NCBI GenBank assembly: GCA_963718615.1
Contig: OY970368.1
Span: 5,760,001-5,824,000 of the forward strand
Source of the DNA: an uncultured cyanobacterium
GTDB lineage: Bacteria; Cyanobacteriota; Cyanobacteriia; PCC-9006; JAAUQQ01
DNA length: 64,000 nt
Direction of reading: 5' to 3'
In this document: positions 10,597 to 21,464 of the stretch, piece by piece
Layout of the letters: every line of letters begins with the position of its first letter
Numbering within the stretch: position 1 is the stretch's first letter
The notes under the pieces: model-generated
Databases searched by the model: none
Seen by the model: only the letters and a program-made list of their open reading frames with translations
What the model was told of the DNA's origin: nothing
Translations under genes and position numbers: made by a program

Positions 10597-10612
10597 CCTA
10601 GGTTAGCCTAGG
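10591..10612. repeat. Tandem duplication, 10 bp x2 (GGTTAGCCTA); each copy carries the stop of one of two convergent genes
   Basis: TAG 10594-10596 on +; TAA 10605-10603 on -. Confidence 0.95.
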
Positions 10613-13245
10613 GTCGACTCCAGTTGCTGTTGCGCTGTGGCGATCGCCTCTGGCAACTTGCTCGCATCCCGGCCCCCCGCTTGGGCAAAATTAGGCCGTC
10701 CCCCGCCACCGCCACCACAAATCTGAGCAATGCCGCCAATAAACTTACCCGCTTGTAATCCCGCTTCATTCACGGGCTTAGTAAACGCTGCAACTAAACT
10801 CACCTTGCCATCAGCCAAGGCTGAACCCAGGACAACTGCACCCGTATCGCCGAGTTTTTGTAGCAACCGTTCTGCGGCGGTTTGGAGCGACTTTGGATCA
10901 ACTCCATCCAGTTGTGCCACCAAGATCTTAAACTTGCCAAGGGGTTGGGCTTGGGACAGAAGGCTATCGGACTTGGCGATCGCCAGCTCGGATTTTACGG
11001 TCTCCAATTCCTTCTGGGTGGTTTTGAGTTCCTCCTGAATGGCGGTAACGCGACCGGCAATTTCCTCCGGTTTGGCTTTGAAGCGATCGCCCAACTCCTT
11101 CACCACCGCCTCACGCACATTCAGATAATCCAACACCGCTGGACCCGACACGGCCTCAATCCGCCGCACGCCGGAGGAAATACCCGCTTCAGAGATAATT
11201 TTGAACACCCCAATCTCAGCGGTATTGGCCACATGGGTACCGCCGCACAGCTCCATGGAGACGCCGGGAAAATCGACGACGCGGACGGTCTCGCCGTACT
11301 TTTCGCCAAACATCGCCGTGGCGCCCTTGGCCTTGGCTTCGGCGATGGGCATTTCGGCCACATCGGCGCTGTGGGCTTCGGCGATCCAGGTGTTGATCTG
11401 GGCTTCGAGTTGCTGGAGTTCTGCCGGTGTCACCGCACGGTTAAGGTTAAAGTCGAACCGGAGGCGATCGAAATTCACCAGGGAGCCCGCCTGGGAAATG
11501 CTCTCATCGACGATTTGCTTCAGCGCCGCCTGGAGTAAGTGAGTGGCCGAGTGGTTGGCCTGGGAGCGACGGCGGCAGGCGCGATCGATTTGGGCCGTAA
11601 CGGTTTCCCCCACGTTCAGGCTGCCCCGCTCCACATGACCCGCATGGACAAAGGTGTTGCCTTCTTTTTGAACGTCGTCGATGCGGACGATGAGGTCTTC
11701 GCCCCCGGCGGCGTTGGTGAAATAGCCGCGATCGCCAATTTGTCCTCCGGACTCCGCATAGAACGGCGTTTGGTCCAAGACGATTTGAACCGCCGAACCC
11801 GCTGTAGCCAATTTTGCTTCCCGTTCCTCGACAAACAAATCTGTGACCAGAGCCGTACTGCTGACTTCGCCATAGCCCAGGAACGCTGTTACTTCGGTGC
11901 GGGCCGAGAGCTTTTTGACATCGGACTGCTGGGTCAGATCAATCTCCTCCTGAGCGTTGGAAATCCCCGCATGTTCCGCCATGGCCGCTTCGTACCCAGC
12001 CAAATCAACGCTGTAGCCCTGTTCCTCGGCAATTTCCTGGGTCAGCTCCACGGGGAAACCGTAGGTCGCAAACAGCTTAAATGTCACGTCACCGGGAATT
12101 GCCTTAACTGAAGCGTCAAGCTGGGCCATTTCTTCTGCCAACAGCTTTTCGCCCCGTTCCAGGGTCTTGAGGAACTGCTGTTCTTCGTGGGCGAGGGCGT
12201 CTTTGATCGCTTTTTCCCGTTCCCGCAGATTGGGGTAGGTTTTTTCCATCAGGGCGATCGCACTCTCCGCCACTTCGACAATAAAAGGCCGCTCAATCCC
12301 CAACAGTCGCCCATGGCGCACCACCCGCCGAATCAGCCGCCGCAGAATATAGCCCCGGCCCAGGTTCGACGCCGTCACCCCATCGGCAATCAAATGGGTC
12401 ACCGCCCGGACGTGGTCGCCAATGACTTTGTAGGAGGTTTTCTGGGTTTCATTGGCCTTGCCGTAGGGGAGGCCAGCAACGCTCGCTGCCGCTTCAATGA
12501 TCGGGAAGATTAAATCCGTTTCGTAGTTATTGGGCTTTTGCTGGAGAATTTGGGCCATGCGCTCCAGCCCCATGCCCGTGTCAATGTTTTGCTTCTCCAG
12601 GGGCGTCAAATGGCCCTCGGCGTCCTTGTTGAACTGCATGAACACCAAGTTATAAAACTCAATAAACCGGGTGTCGTCCTCCAGGTCGATCGCCTGGTCG
12701 CCCCGTTCCGGATGGAAATCGTAATAAATCTCTGAACAAGGCCCACAGGGACCCGTCGGACCCGACTCCCAGAAATTGTCCGCGGCCCCCATGCGCTTGA
12801 TGTGGGTTTCCGGCACGCCGATCTGGTCCCGCCAGAGGCGATAGGCTTCGTCGTCTGTTTCAAAAACACTCACCACCAGCCGCTCCTTGGGCAGTTTAAA
12901 CACTTCCGTGGAAAGCTCCCAGGCCCAGGCGATCGCCTCCCGCTTGAAATAGTCCCCAAAACTAAAATTGCCCAACATCTCAAAAAACGTATGGTGCCGC
13001 GCCGTCCGCCCGACGTTCTCGATGTCATTGGTGCGAATACATTTTTGCGACGTCGTAGCGCGGGGGACCTCTGCTTTGCGCTGGCCGAGAAAAATCGGCT
13101 TGAACTGGAGCATCCCCGCGATCGTCAGTAAAACCGTCGGATCCTCCGGCACCAGCGAGGCGCTCGGCAACGGCTTGTGGGCCTTAGCAATGTAGAAATC
13201 GAGAAAGGTTTGCCGAATGCGATCGCCGCTGAAGGGGGTAGCCAT
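10603..13245 (-). CDS. alaS: Alanine--tRNA ligase
   Basis: [37 protein letters not shown]; editing HSATH and ELCGGTH; C-terminal [14 protein letters not shown]. Confidence 0.98.
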   Translation of the reverse strand: MATPFSGDRIRQTFLDFYIAKAHKPLPSASLVPEDPTVLLTIAGMLQFKPIFLGQRKAEVPRATTSQKCIRTNDIENVGRTARHHTFFEMLGNFSFGDYFKREAIAWAWELSTEVFKLPKERLVVSVFETDDEAYRLWRDQIGVPETHIKRMGAADNFWESGPTGPCGPCSEIYYDFHPERGDQAIDLEDDTRFIEFYNLVFMQFNKDAEGHLTPLEKQNIDTGMGLERMAQILQQKPNNYETDLIFPIIEAAASVAGLPYGKANETQKTSYKVIGDHVRAVTHLIADGVTASNLGRGYILRRLIRRVVRHGRLLGIERPFIVEVAESAIALMEKTYPNLREREKAIKDALAHEEQQFLKTLERGEKLLAEEMAQLDASVKAIPGDVTFKLFATYGFPVELTQEIAEEQGYSVDLAGYEAAMAEHAGISNAQEEIDLTQQSDVKKLSARTEVTAFLGYGEVSSTALVTDLFVEEREAKLATAGSAVQIVLDQTPFYAESGGQIGDRGYFTNAAGGEDLIVRIDDVQKEGNTFVHAGHVERGSLNVGETVTAQIDRACRRRSQANHSATHLLQAALKQIVDESISQAGSLVNFDRLRFDFNLNRAVTPAELQQLEAQINTWIAEAHSADVAEMPIAEAKAKGATAMFGEKYGETVRVVDFPGVSMELCGGTHVANTAEIGVFKIISEAGISSGVRRIEAVSGPAVLDYLNVREAVVKELGDRFKAKPEEIAGRVTAIQEELKTTQKELETVKSELAIAKSDSLLSQAQPLGKFKILVAQLDGVDPKSLQTAAERLLQKLGDTGAVVLGSALADGKVSLVAAFTKPVNEAGLQAGKFIGGIAQICGGGGGGRPNFAQAGGRDASKLPEAIATAQQQLESTLG

Positions 13246-13643
13246 TGGGGGATAAGGATTGAAACACAAGCTTGGACAATGTACCCCACTATTATGTCGG
13301 TCGACCCGGCCTCATCGCTACCGCCTCTCTTTGGGCCTGTAAATCTATAGCCAGGGAAAAATAAAGAAATGCAATGATCAAGATCACCAGGATTTCCGGA
13401 TTCCTGCGGATATTTTGTGAACTTTTGGAGAAGTGGGAACACTCTAGGTGTAGGGTGACTCCCCCTACAATGGTAGAAACTCCCTCAGCAGAGAGCGATT
13501 CATGCTTTTTCCGTCCTTGACGGTCTCCCCTTTCCGCCCGATGCCCTATAGCAGGGTTGAAGGCGGTTTGTGTTGTTGAATGGCTGCTTCAGTGTGTTGC
13601 AAGTTCTCTACGCACTCGGTTGTTAAACGGTTTAGAGTCACGC

Positions 13644-14621
13644 ATGGACCACTCCATCCTTATTGTTGGCGATCCAGCTTTTCGCTTGATGATTCAAGGG
13701 AGCGTGGGTTCTCTCGGCGCGGTTAACCTAGTTTATGCGGAGGATTGCATCCAGGCAGGGTTATCGATGCAGGCCAATCAGCCTGACTTGATGGTTTTAC
13801 AGGTGGACCCCCTCTCTGAGATCGAAGCCTGTTTGCATCTCAAGGAGCGCAATCGGTTTCGCTGGGTTTATATTTTGGCGATCGAAGGCTGTTGTCTCTC
13901 CCAGGGGGGTGTTCAGCGTTCGGAGCTAGAGCGCAATCAACGGGCTGCTGCCATGGTGCAGGCCGGGGCCGATACCTATTTGTGGCTGACGGGAATGGTT
14001 CAAGGGGACCAAATCATGCTGCAGCCCGAAGCGCAAGCCCTGTTGGAAGCCCAGATGAAAGTTGGCATGACGAGCGTCAAGCGCTACCGAGAGCTTTTGC
14101 AAACCAATGACTTATTGTCCACGATCGCCCTCATCGATCCGCTGACGGAATTGAGCAACCGGCGGGCGCTGGATTGGGATTTACCTCGGCAGATTAAGCG
14201 ATCGCGCGATCGCAACCGCCCCCTCAGCCTGATGATTTTTGACCTAGATTTTTTCAAGGGCATCAACGATAACTACGGTCACCTCGTCGGCGATGTTTCC
14301 CTCAAACTGCTCTCGGCGCGGCTCCGTCACAACCTGCGTTCCAACGACACCCTCTTTCGCTATGGCGGCGAAGAATTTGTGGTGATTTTGAGTGATACCC
14401 ATGCGCCCGAAGCCGGAGAAATTGGCCAGCGGCTTTGCCGGATGATCAGCAGTCAAGCCTTTACGATCAACGACGATCTAGAGCTTTCCCTCACCGTCAG
14501 CGTCGGGGTTGCGTACCTCCAGGAGGGGGATGACCCCCAGGGACTCACCTTACTCGAACGGGCCGATCGCCGTTTGAGGCAAGCCAAGCAAAATGGACGC
14601 AACCGCGTGGTGACCCACTGA
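13644..14621 (+). CDS. Diguanylate cyclase (degenerate receiver-like N-terminus plus GGDEF)
   Basis: DPLTELSNRR, DLDFFK.IND.YGH.VGD, RYGGEEF, R..D I-site (RSND). Confidence 0.9.
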   Translation: MDHSILIVGDPAFRLMIQGSVGSLGAVNLVYAEDCIQAGLSMQANQPDLMVLQVDPLSEIEACLHLKERNRFRWVYILAIEGCCLSQGGVQRSELERNQRAAAMVQAGADTYLWLTGMVQGDQIMLQPEAQALLEAQMKVGMTSVKRYRELLQTNDLLSTIALIDPLTELSNRRALDWDLPRQIKRSRDRNRPLSLMIFDLDFFKGINDNYGHLVGDVSLKLLSARLRHNLRSNDTLFRYGGEEFVVILSDTHAPEAGEIGQRLCRMISSQAFTINDDLELSLTVSVGVAYLQEGDDPQGLTLLERADRRLRQAKQNGRNRVVTH

Positions 14622-14662
14622 GTGTGACCCACTGAGTGTGACTCACTGAGCGTGACTGACTG
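14610..14662. repeat. Tandem repeat, 14 bp x ~3.8 (GTGACCCACTGAGT), spanning the DGC stop; copies degenerate distally
   Basis: Read directly. Confidence 0.93.
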
Positions 14663-14674
14663 GGCTGTAACCCG

Positions 14675-15154
14675 CTAGTCGTGGTGGATTTGCAGATTGA
14701 GCTGATAGCGCCCCATGGGCACCCGATTGGCCCAGAGTTCGTATTCCACCGCAAGGTGGGTCGGTAAAGGATCGCCGGTAAAGCTCAGGTGGCGCGTAAA
14801 GTTGCGCAACCGCACTTGTCCCCCTTGCCCAAGGGCTTCATCCTGGAGCCAATAGCGGCTCATGCCGTAAATGCCTCGCTCTAGCCAATGGCGATAGCTA
14901 AATTTGCCATTGCTTTGCATGGTCATGATCAGTCGATAGGGCGAAATCTCTAGCCAGAGCAGCCTGGGCTGGGCCACTGTGTTCAAGGTGGAAGCCCCAA
15001 ACTCTACCTCGGGTAAGGGTGGCTCGGTCAACAGCAAATGAAAACAATCGGCGGACTTTTGATAGAGGGTGGCAGCCGTGTCTACCTGATTACAGAGGGA
15101 AAGATCCGAGGAACTCAGAGAAAGGCTAATGGGCTTACGAGGATACGTGATCAT
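14675..15154 (-). CDS. Conserved cyanobacterial hypothetical protein
   Basis: PRLLWLEISPYR..MTMQ.NG..SYRH.W pattern; start placed at ATG 15154. Confidence 0.7.
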   Translation of the reverse strand: MITYPRKPISLSLSSSDLSLCNQVDTAATLYQKSADCFHLLLTEPPLPEVEFGASTLNTVAQPRLLWLEISPYRLIMTMQSNGKFSYRHWLERGIYGMSRYWLQDEALGQGGQVRLRNFTRHLSFTGDPLPTHLAVEYELWANRVPMGRYQLNLQIHHD

Positions 15155-15338
15155 AAACGATGGCGCGATAGGCGGTAGCGCGAGAGGATGCAAGCAGCAA
15201 CTAGCCAAGCCTGCTTGAGGCATATGCAATGGAGTCCCTTCCGGTGAGGGGCGACCCGGAATGGGACAAATTCGTAACTGGGCGTGGTGGATGAGGGCAA
15301 AAACGGTAGGATGGCTACCGTCACCTCAGTCTAGCCCA

Positions 15339-16688
15339 ATGGTTACTCCCCTCGTCCTGCTCAAAAACACTGAACATCATACGACTTTAAGGCTTTCTCC
15401 CCCGACCTCTGGTCTCGTTATCAAAGGAAAAATTCACATTCCTGGGGATAAGTCGATTTCCCATCGGGCTTTGATGCTGGGCGCACTGGCCACAGGCGTA
15501 ACTGAGATTGAAGGGCTTTTGGTGGGTGAGGATCCCCAAAGCACGGCGAAATGCTTTCGGGCCATGGGGGTAGAGATTTCGGAGCTCAATCCAACCCATG
15601 TGACGGTCCGGGGTTTGGGCTTGGGGAATTTGCGAGAGCCCATGACGGTTTTGGACGCGGGGAATTCAGGCACGACGATGCGGCTGATGCTGGGAATTTT
15701 GGCCTCCCATCGGGACCGTTTTTTTACGGTGACGGGGGATGATTCCTTGCGATCGCGCCCCATGTCCCGCGTGGTCAAACCGCTTCAGCAAATGCAGGCA
15801 CAAATCTGGGGCCGTCAAAACAATTCCCTCGCCCCCTTGGCGGTTCAAGGCCGGACGCTGACGCCGATTCATTATCAATCACCGATCGCCTCTGCCCAGG
15901 TCAAATCCTGCATTTTGCTGGCGGGACTGCTAACACCGGGCCAAACCACGGTGACGGAACCCCACCTTTCCCGTGACCACAGCGAACGCATGCTGCAAGC
16001 CTTTGGGGCGGAGCTCAGCGTCGATCCGGAAACCTGTAGCGTGACGGTGACGGGGCCAACGCAGTTAGTGGGTCAAAACGTGATCGTACCGGGAGATATT
16101 AGCTCGGCGGCGTTTTGGCTGGTGGCGGCGAGCATTGTGCCGGGGTCGGATTTGGTAATTGAAAATGTCGGGGTGAATCCCACGCGCACCGGCATCCTGG
16201 AAGCCCTCCAGCAGATGGAGGCGAATATTGAACGGCTCAACGAACGGACGGTGGCCGGGGAGCCCGTGGCGGATCTACGGGTGCGCTATGGGCCGCTGAA
16301 AGCCTGCGAGATTGGCGGTGAGATTATTCCTCGGTTGATTGATGAAATCCCGATTTTGGCGGTGGCAGCGGCCTTTGCCACGGGAACGACGGTGATTAAG
16401 GATGCGGCGGAGTTGCGGGTGAAGGAGAGCGATCGCCTCGCTGTCATGGCCAGTGAACTGCAAAAAATGGGAGCCCGAGTGGTCGAACATCCCGATGGCT
16501 TAGAAATTACTGGGGGAACACCGCTGCAAGGGGCGGAGGTGGATAGCTATACGGATCATCGAATTGCCATGAGTTTGGCGATCGCCGCCCTCAACGCCCA
16601 AGGCCCCACCACCATTGGCCGCGCTGAAGCCGCCGCCATCTCCTATCCCAATTTCGTTGAAACCCTGGAAACAATCTGCCAAATTTAA
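15339..16688 (+). CDS. aroA: 3-phosphoshikimate 1-carboxyvinyltransferase (EPSP synthase)
   Basis: [39 protein letters not shown]. Confidence 0.97.
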   Translation: MVTPLVLLKNTEHHTTLRLSPPTSGLVIKGKIHIPGDKSISHRALMLGALATGVTEIEGLLVGEDPQSTAKCFRAMGVEISELNPTHVTVRGLGLGNLREPMTVLDAGNSGTTMRLMLGILASHRDRFFTVTGDDSLRSRPMSRVVKPLQQMQAQIWGRQNNSLAPLAVQGRTLTPIHYQSPIASAQVKSCILLAGLLTPGQTTVTEPHLSRDHSERMLQAFGAELSVDPETCSVTVTGPTQLVGQNVIVPGDISSAAFWLVAASIVPGSDLVIENVGVNPTRTGILEALQQMEANIERLNERTVAGEPVADLRVRYGPLKACEIGGEIIPRLIDEIPILAVAAAFATGTTVIKDAAELRVKESDRLAVMASELQKMGARVVEHPDGLEITGGTPLQGAEVDSYTDHRIAMSLAIAALNAQGPTTIGRAEAAAISYPNFVETLETICQI

Positions 16689-16704
16689 TCTGCCAAATTT
16701 AATC
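16673..16704. repeat. Tandem duplication, 14 bp x2 (AATCTGCCAAATTT), spanning the aroA stop
   Basis: Read directly. Confidence 0.95.
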
Positions 16705-16707
16705 GGT

Positions 16708-17649
16708 TTATTCCATCTGGGCAAGGCTCATGCGGCTTTTTTGATCCTTAATACCAAGCAACATATCCAGCTTCTGCAAAAATTCGTCCGTTAGCTTCAC
16801 AAACGCCTTGGAGCCCGACGACCCCGGATTCGCCAAAACTACAGGCTTAAAGCTATCCACGGCCCGTGATACCTGAATATCGTTCGGAATTTGGGTTTTG
16901 AACATTTGCTGTTCGCTAAACTCCTGCTGCACCCGCTGCATCACCTGGTTGTAATAGCGACTGCTAAAGAGATTGCCGGACATGGTAAAGACAATCCCGA
17001 GGAGCTGAATATTAAGCGGCTGAATGTCTTCATAGCCCTGACGCAGGCGTTCGATCCGTCGCTGCAAGAGCTGAATCCCGGCGATCGACAGGGGTTCTGG
17101 TTTGGCCGGAAGAATATAAAAATCACTAGCCACAAAGCTGCTGCGCGTCAGCAGGTTATATCCCGGTGCGCAGTCCAAAATAATGAAATCGTAATTCTGG
17201 GCAATGGGTTTGAGAATCCCGCTCACCAACGTCCGCTCAAAATTGCTCCAAGCCGTCTGAAAATCTTTATGGTCCTCGTCCTCATTGGCCCGCTGATGGA
17301 GCACGGAGGAGACCATGTAATCATCGTAAAGATCCAAATCCCCCGGCAGCAGATCGAGCCCCTTGAGCCCACAGACATAGGGGTTGATGACTTCTAGCGT
17401 CGTGCGGATCTTCTCTACCTTGGGATCCACCATCTGTGTGATAAGGTGACGCAGGGTGCGGCGGTCCTTGCGACACTTGACAAAATCCTGGGGAGACATG
17501 AGGCTCAAGGTAGCACTGATTTGGGTATCCAAATCGACGACCAAAACCCGCTTGCCATGATTTTGAACGAGGCTGGTGGCCAAGTTCACACAAAGGGTGG
17601 TCTTGCCGACCCCGCCTTTCATATTCGTGGTTGCGATGATGTGCGCCAT
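16708..17649 (-). CDS. Orphan ParA/MinD-family ATPase
   Basis: Deviant Walker A NMKGGVGKTT, LVVDLDTQ, YDFIILDCAP. Confidence 0.9.
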   Translation of the reverse strand: MAHIIATTNMKGGVGKTTLCVNLATSLVQNHGKRVLVVDLDTQISATLSLMSPQDFVKCRKDRRTLRHLITQMVDPKVEKIRTTLEVINPYVCGLKGLDLLPGDLDLYDDYMVSSVLHQRANEDEDHKDFQTAWSNFERTLVSGILKPIAQNYDFIILDCAPGYNLLTRSSFVASDFYILPAKPEPLSIAGIQLLQRRIERLRQGYEDIQPLNIQLLGIVFTMSGNLFSSRYYNQVMQRVQQEFSEQQMFKTQIPNDIQVSRAVDSFKPVVLANPGSSGSKAFVKLTDEFLQKLDMLLGIKDQKSRMSLAQME

Positions 17650-17811
17650 GGTCTTATCTTCCCGTGTTGCGGTCAATATAGCAGTTTTATCGGGCGTTCT
17701 TGACAGTGGACCTGGGCGAGGGAGAGTGCATAAGGCGGATTTTCCATGGGGAAATTACAGGCAATCCGTCCCAAAACGAGTAAACAAATGTAAGGTTCTT
17801 CAATCGCAACC

Positions 17812-18744
17812 GTGAAGCATCGAGCCCCTCGCAATCGCACCTTAACGGTTACTGAAACGGAGATTGAAGTCCTGCGTCAGTTCCTGGGGCAGCTCACAAC
17901 GGCGGTGCCGCTGGAGGCGATCGCAAACGGGGGCGATCGCCTCTTCCACCAGGATATTTTCGACGCCTTGCCCCATTTGCCCAGTGGGTTTGTTGATCTG
18001 CTGGTGTTAGATCCGCCCTACAACCTGACCAAATCCTTTAATAGCAATACGTTTCACGAGCGATCGCCCCTGGCCTACCGAGATTGGTTCCAGGCTTGGT
18101 TTAGGCCGCTGCTCAGGGTGCTGAAGCCGACGGCATCGGTTTATGTCTGTGGGGATTGGCGATCGTCGGGCATCCTGCAACCGCTGCTGGAGGAGACGCT
18201 GGTTCTGCACAATCGCATTACCTGGGAGCGAGAAAAGGGGCGGGGCGCTCAGCACAACTGGAAAAATTGCTCGGAGGATATTTGGTTTTGTACCGTCTCC
18301 GAGCAATACACCTTCAACGCAGAGGCGGTGCGGCTCAAACGGCGGGTCTTGGCTCCCTACACGACGGACCAGAAACAGCCCAAGGATTGGGTGCATACGG
18401 ATCAGGGCAACTATCGGCTCACCTGCGCCTCAAATCTTTGGACTGATTTAACGGTGCCCTTTTGGTCGATGCCCGAGAATACTGACCATCCCACCCAGAA
18501 ACCCGAAAAGCTTTTAGCCAAGATTATCCTGGCCAGCTCCAATCCTGGTGATTGGGTGTTGGATCCATTTTTGGGCTCGGGAACAACTGCCGTGGTGGCA
18601 AAGAAGCTGGGGCGTCGCTACATCGGCATTGAGCAGGATTTGACCTATTGCTGTTTGGCCCAGAAACGCCTATACCTTGCCGAAGCCCATCCTGAAATCC
18701 AAGGCTACAGTGACGGAATCTTCTGGGACCGCAACGCCCCGTAG
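17812..18744 (+). CDS. Orphan N4-C/N6-A DNA methyltransferase (beta class)
   Basis: DPPY precedes HPTQKP and DPFLGSGTT. Confidence 0.9.
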   Translation: MKHRAPRNRTLTVTETEIEVLRQFLGQLTTAVPLEAIANGGDRLFHQDIFDALPHLPSGFVDLLVLDPPYNLTKSFNSNTFHERSPLAYRDWFQAWFRPLLRVLKPTASVYVCGDWRSSGILQPLLEETLVLHNRITWEREKGRGAQHNWKNCSEDIWFCTVSEQYTFNAEAVRLKRRVLAPYTTDQKQPKDWVHTDQGNYRLTCASNLWTDLTVPFWSMPENTDHPTQKPEKLLAKIILASSNPGDWVLDPFLGSGTTAVVAKKLGRRYIGIEQDLTYCCLAQKRLYLAEAHPEIQGYSDGIFWDRNAP

Positions 18745-18764
18745 GGACGAACGGCAGTTCGTCC
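18741..18764 (+). repeat. GTAG-type REP palindrome that contains the MTase stop codon
   Basis: GTAG-GGACGAAC-GGCA-GTTCGTCC. Confidence 0.75.
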
Positions 18765-18806
18765 TGCCTGCCGCGTTTGTCTGTCCCCAAGACCTCCTAG
18801 AACGCC

Positions 18807-20450
18807 CTAGGACAACTGGGTGACGATTTGGTCATCGATCAGCGTATTCAGCGTCAGCACATCCTCCACCGTCATGCGCAGGAAGCGATCGCCATCCACC
18901 CGAAAAAACACCTGCACCCGATCGACCCCTGGATTTCCCGGCGGATTGAGCGGAATCACCCGCGCCCCTTCCCGGTCATTGAGGGACTTGACGGCAGACT
19001 GTCCTGGGGTGAGATTGCGAGTAATCAGGCGATCGCCATCAAAATAAACCTCTGTCGTACTGGTCTCCTTGCCCAGCTCCCCCAGCACCACCTCGATCGC
19101 CGGTTGATTGTCCGTGGAAGCCCCAAACATCAGCATCACGGGTTCGGCCATGGGGTAGGCTTGCCCCGCTTGGATAATGGGATGCCAATCGTGGCGCTGG
19201 TTGCGGTGATTCCAGTAGCGGATACCGTAGCTGTGGTAGAGAAAATCCTTGATTTCAACCCCGCGATCGAGCTGGAGCGCCCCCTGGGCAATGGCTTCGA
19301 AGGGGCGATCGCTACGAATTTTGGTTTCATCAAAGTAGCGCTTGACCCAAGCTTGAACCGCCGGAATCTGACTCGTCCCCCCCACCAAGAGCACCCCTTC
19401 AATATCCTGCGCCTCCAATCCCTGGCGACGCCCCTGCTGGAGCACCTGGAGCATGGCTTCGTCCAGCTGCGTAAAAAAGTCCCGTTCCCGCAGCAAATCC
19501 TCGAACTGGCTGCGTGTCATCTCGAACGTATAGCTCTCAAAATTATCTTCGTCGAAATAGGTTTCCTGGGCCTGGGTCTGGTTCGAGAGCTGAATCTTCA
19601 GCCGCTCCGCCAGCCGCGTCAGTAAGGGCGTTTTCGGGCAGTCATAGGTTTTAACCAGCCAGTCCGCCACCCAACCATCCAGGTCCGTCCCTCCCAGATT
19701 TTGACCGGCTTTGCCCAAAACCTTGGCCGTCTGCACCTTCTGCCCCGATTTTTCCGCAAAGGACTGCTGGCCCCACTTGAGGACAAAGCCAATCGGCGTT
19801 TTTTTCTGGAGGCGATCGAGCTGCACTAGGGACAGATCCAGCGTGCCACCGCCAAAATCGATGACGAGGAGGCGATCGCAATCGCTCATCCCGTAGCCCA
19901 ACGCTGCCGCCGTGGGCTCATCCAGCATCCGCACCTGCTCGACCTTGGCCCCCTGGACCACCCCGCCCAGCCAGTGGCGATAAATTTCAAAACTATCCAC
20001 CGGCACCGTCAACACTAAGGAATCTAAGGGCAGTGGCACCTGCTCGATGGCGCTCAACACCCGCCGCAAAAACAGGTCTCCCACCTGCTCAAACGTCATC
20101 GCCTGACCATCCAGTTCCGGGAGAAACCCCTGGACCGACGAGCCAATGCCCCGCTTAAAGCCTCGGAAAAAACGGGGAGAATTTTTGAGATCGAGACCGC
20201 GATCGCGCACCTCTTGCCCCACCCAAACCACTCGTTCCGTGGATTCTGCCGGTCTTGTATCCACCGTGTCTATTGCGTCTCCCGCCTCTATTGCCAGGGA
20301 TTGTACATAGGCCAAGCTAGGAATCAGCGGCGGATTGCCCGCTTGACTCACGCTCAGACCGGGCAAAGCGAGGGTTTCCGGTTGCTGCGTCACGGCATTC
20401 CAGCGGGCAACGACGGTATTGCTGGTCCCAAAATCAATGGCGAGGGTCAT
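18807..20450 (-). CDS. Hsp70-family protein (DnaK-like, cyanobacterial short type)
   Basis: AIDFGTSNT, DEPTAAALGYG, VIDFGGGTLD, LLVGG.SQIP. Confidence 0.9.
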   Translation of the reverse strand: MTLAIDFGTSNTVVARWNAVTQQPETLALPGLSVSQAGNPPLIPSLAYVQSLAIEAGDAIDTVDTRPAESTERVVWVGQEVRDRGLDLKNSPRFFRGFKRGIGSSVQGFLPELDGQAMTFEQVGDLFLRRVLSAIEQVPLPLDSLVLTVPVDSFEIYRHWLGGVVQGAKVEQVRMLDEPTAAALGYGMSDCDRLLVIDFGGGTLDLSLVQLDRLQKKTPIGFVLKWGQQSFAEKSGQKVQTAKVLGKAGQNLGGTDLDGWVADWLVKTYDCPKTPLLTRLAERLKIQLSNQTQAQETYFDEDNFESYTFEMTRSQFEDLLRERDFFTQLDEAMLQVLQQGRRQGLEAQDIEGVLLVGGTSQIPAVQAWVKRYFDETKIRSDRPFEAIAQGALQLDRGVEIKDFLYHSYGIRYWNHRNQRHDWHPIIQAGQAYPMAEPVMLMFGASTDNQPAIEVVLGELGKETSTTEVYFDGDRLITRNLTPGQSAVKSLNDREGARVIPLNPPGNPGVDRVQVFFRVDGDRFLRMTVEDVLTLNTLIDDQIVTQLS

Positions 20451-20636
20451 TCGTAAACGTAGAAAAAACTAAAGAAAGTTAACGATCTCGTTACAAAGCT
20501 GCGAGGGCGATCGCCCGTGCTTTCGTCATTTTGGGACATTTCTGGAAGCCTTGACGAAACACTTTTTAAGAAAGCCATAATCCGCGTTAACTCTTCTTGC
20601 GTTTCATCGGTATTTCCTAAGCCATGAGGTATCAAT

Positions 20637-20662
20637 GAAACAGTTGCCAGAAACAGTTGCCA
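20637..20662. repeat. Tandem duplication, 13 bp x2 (GAAACAGTTGCCA)
   Basis: Read directly. Confidence 0.9.
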
Positions 20663-20718
20663 CCGTTTGCATTCGCTTGCAATCGACTCCTCAAACCTAA
20701 TTTTGAGACGAAGGGCCT

Positions 20719-21045
20719 ATGAACTTTAGTAAACAGTTGATCACCTTGATCCTAGGCTTCTATCGTGAAGATCCCGAACAATATCGCGCCATTTTGACCT
20801 TGCAACATTGTCATTTGTCGCGTCGTTGGGGGACGCTGTGCATTAATTGCACAGATGCTAGGACTGCTGAGGATTTGATTCGGGGCATTGAGTTTATTCG
20901 GGAGCCGGTTGCGAAGCTGCGCTTGGCCCGTCGGCTCAAAATTTTGGTGAATGGGGCCTATAGCCGTATTTTTCCGGTCAATGCACCGGGCTATGGTATC
21001 GACTATCCCAACCCCCAGCAAGGGCGCTCTGGCTTTTTCTTCTAG
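20719..21045 (+). CDS. Hypothetical protein (cyanobacterial); a 13-bp duplication at 21036-21061 spans its stop
   Basis: Clean ORF with protein-like composition, upstream of rpoZ. Confidence 0.65.
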   Translation: MNFSKQLITLILGFYREDPEQYRAILTLQHCHLSRRWGTLCINCTDARTAEDLIRGIEFIREPVAKLRLARRLKILVNGAYSRIFPVNAPGYGIDYPNPQQGRSGFFF

Positions 21046-21113
21046 GGATTTCTTCTGGGGATTAAGCTAGGATATGAGGGCACAATGGTTAGCGCAGTGT
21101 TCTTCGGAGTTCT

Positions 21114-21344
21114 ATGCCCAAACGTCCCACAACCTTCAACTCAACTCAACTCATGTACCGAGCCGAGGAACTGATTAGCGCGGCCTCGAATCGCTATCGT
21201 ATCACTGTGCAAGTGGCGACCAGGGCCAAACGCCGCCGCTACGAAGACTTTGAAAATAACGAAGATTCCGGCATCAAGCCCGTCATGCGCGCCATCATCG
21301 AAATGTCGGACGAGCTGACCCAGCCAGAAATCATCGGCGATTAG
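21114..21344 (+). CDS. rpoZ: RNA polymerase omega subunit (Ycf61 type)
   Basis: [26 protein letters not shown]...[13 protein letters not shown]. Confidence 0.95.
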   Translation: MPKRPTTFNSTQLMYRAEELISAASNRYRITVQVATRAKRRRYEDFENNEDSGIKPVMRAIIEMSDELTQPEIIGD

Positions 21345-21398
21345 ACCGAATGCCTAGGCCAGACCTATATGCCTGGGCCATGGATATCCTACCCAACC

Positions 21399-21422
21399 GT
21401 AGGGGCGTGCATCCCACGCCCT
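21399..21422 (+). repeat. GTAG-type REP palindrome
   Basis: GTAG-GGGCGTG-CATCC-CACGCCC. Confidence 0.7.
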
Positions 21423-21464
21423 CAGCGGTTTAACGGGTACTAAAACAGTCCAAGGATTTTAGCC

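Noticed and set aside
13449-13469. TGTAGGG-N7-CCCTACA inverted repeat between alaS and the DGC as an NtcA site
   Set aside because: Spacing does not fit GTA-N8-TAC; it could be another operator or a degenerate REP but is unsupported.
18807-20450. Nearby Hsp70 as dedicated partner of the island J-domain protein
   Set aside because: It lies in the conserved rpoZ neighbourhood outside the island, so proximity alone is not evidence.
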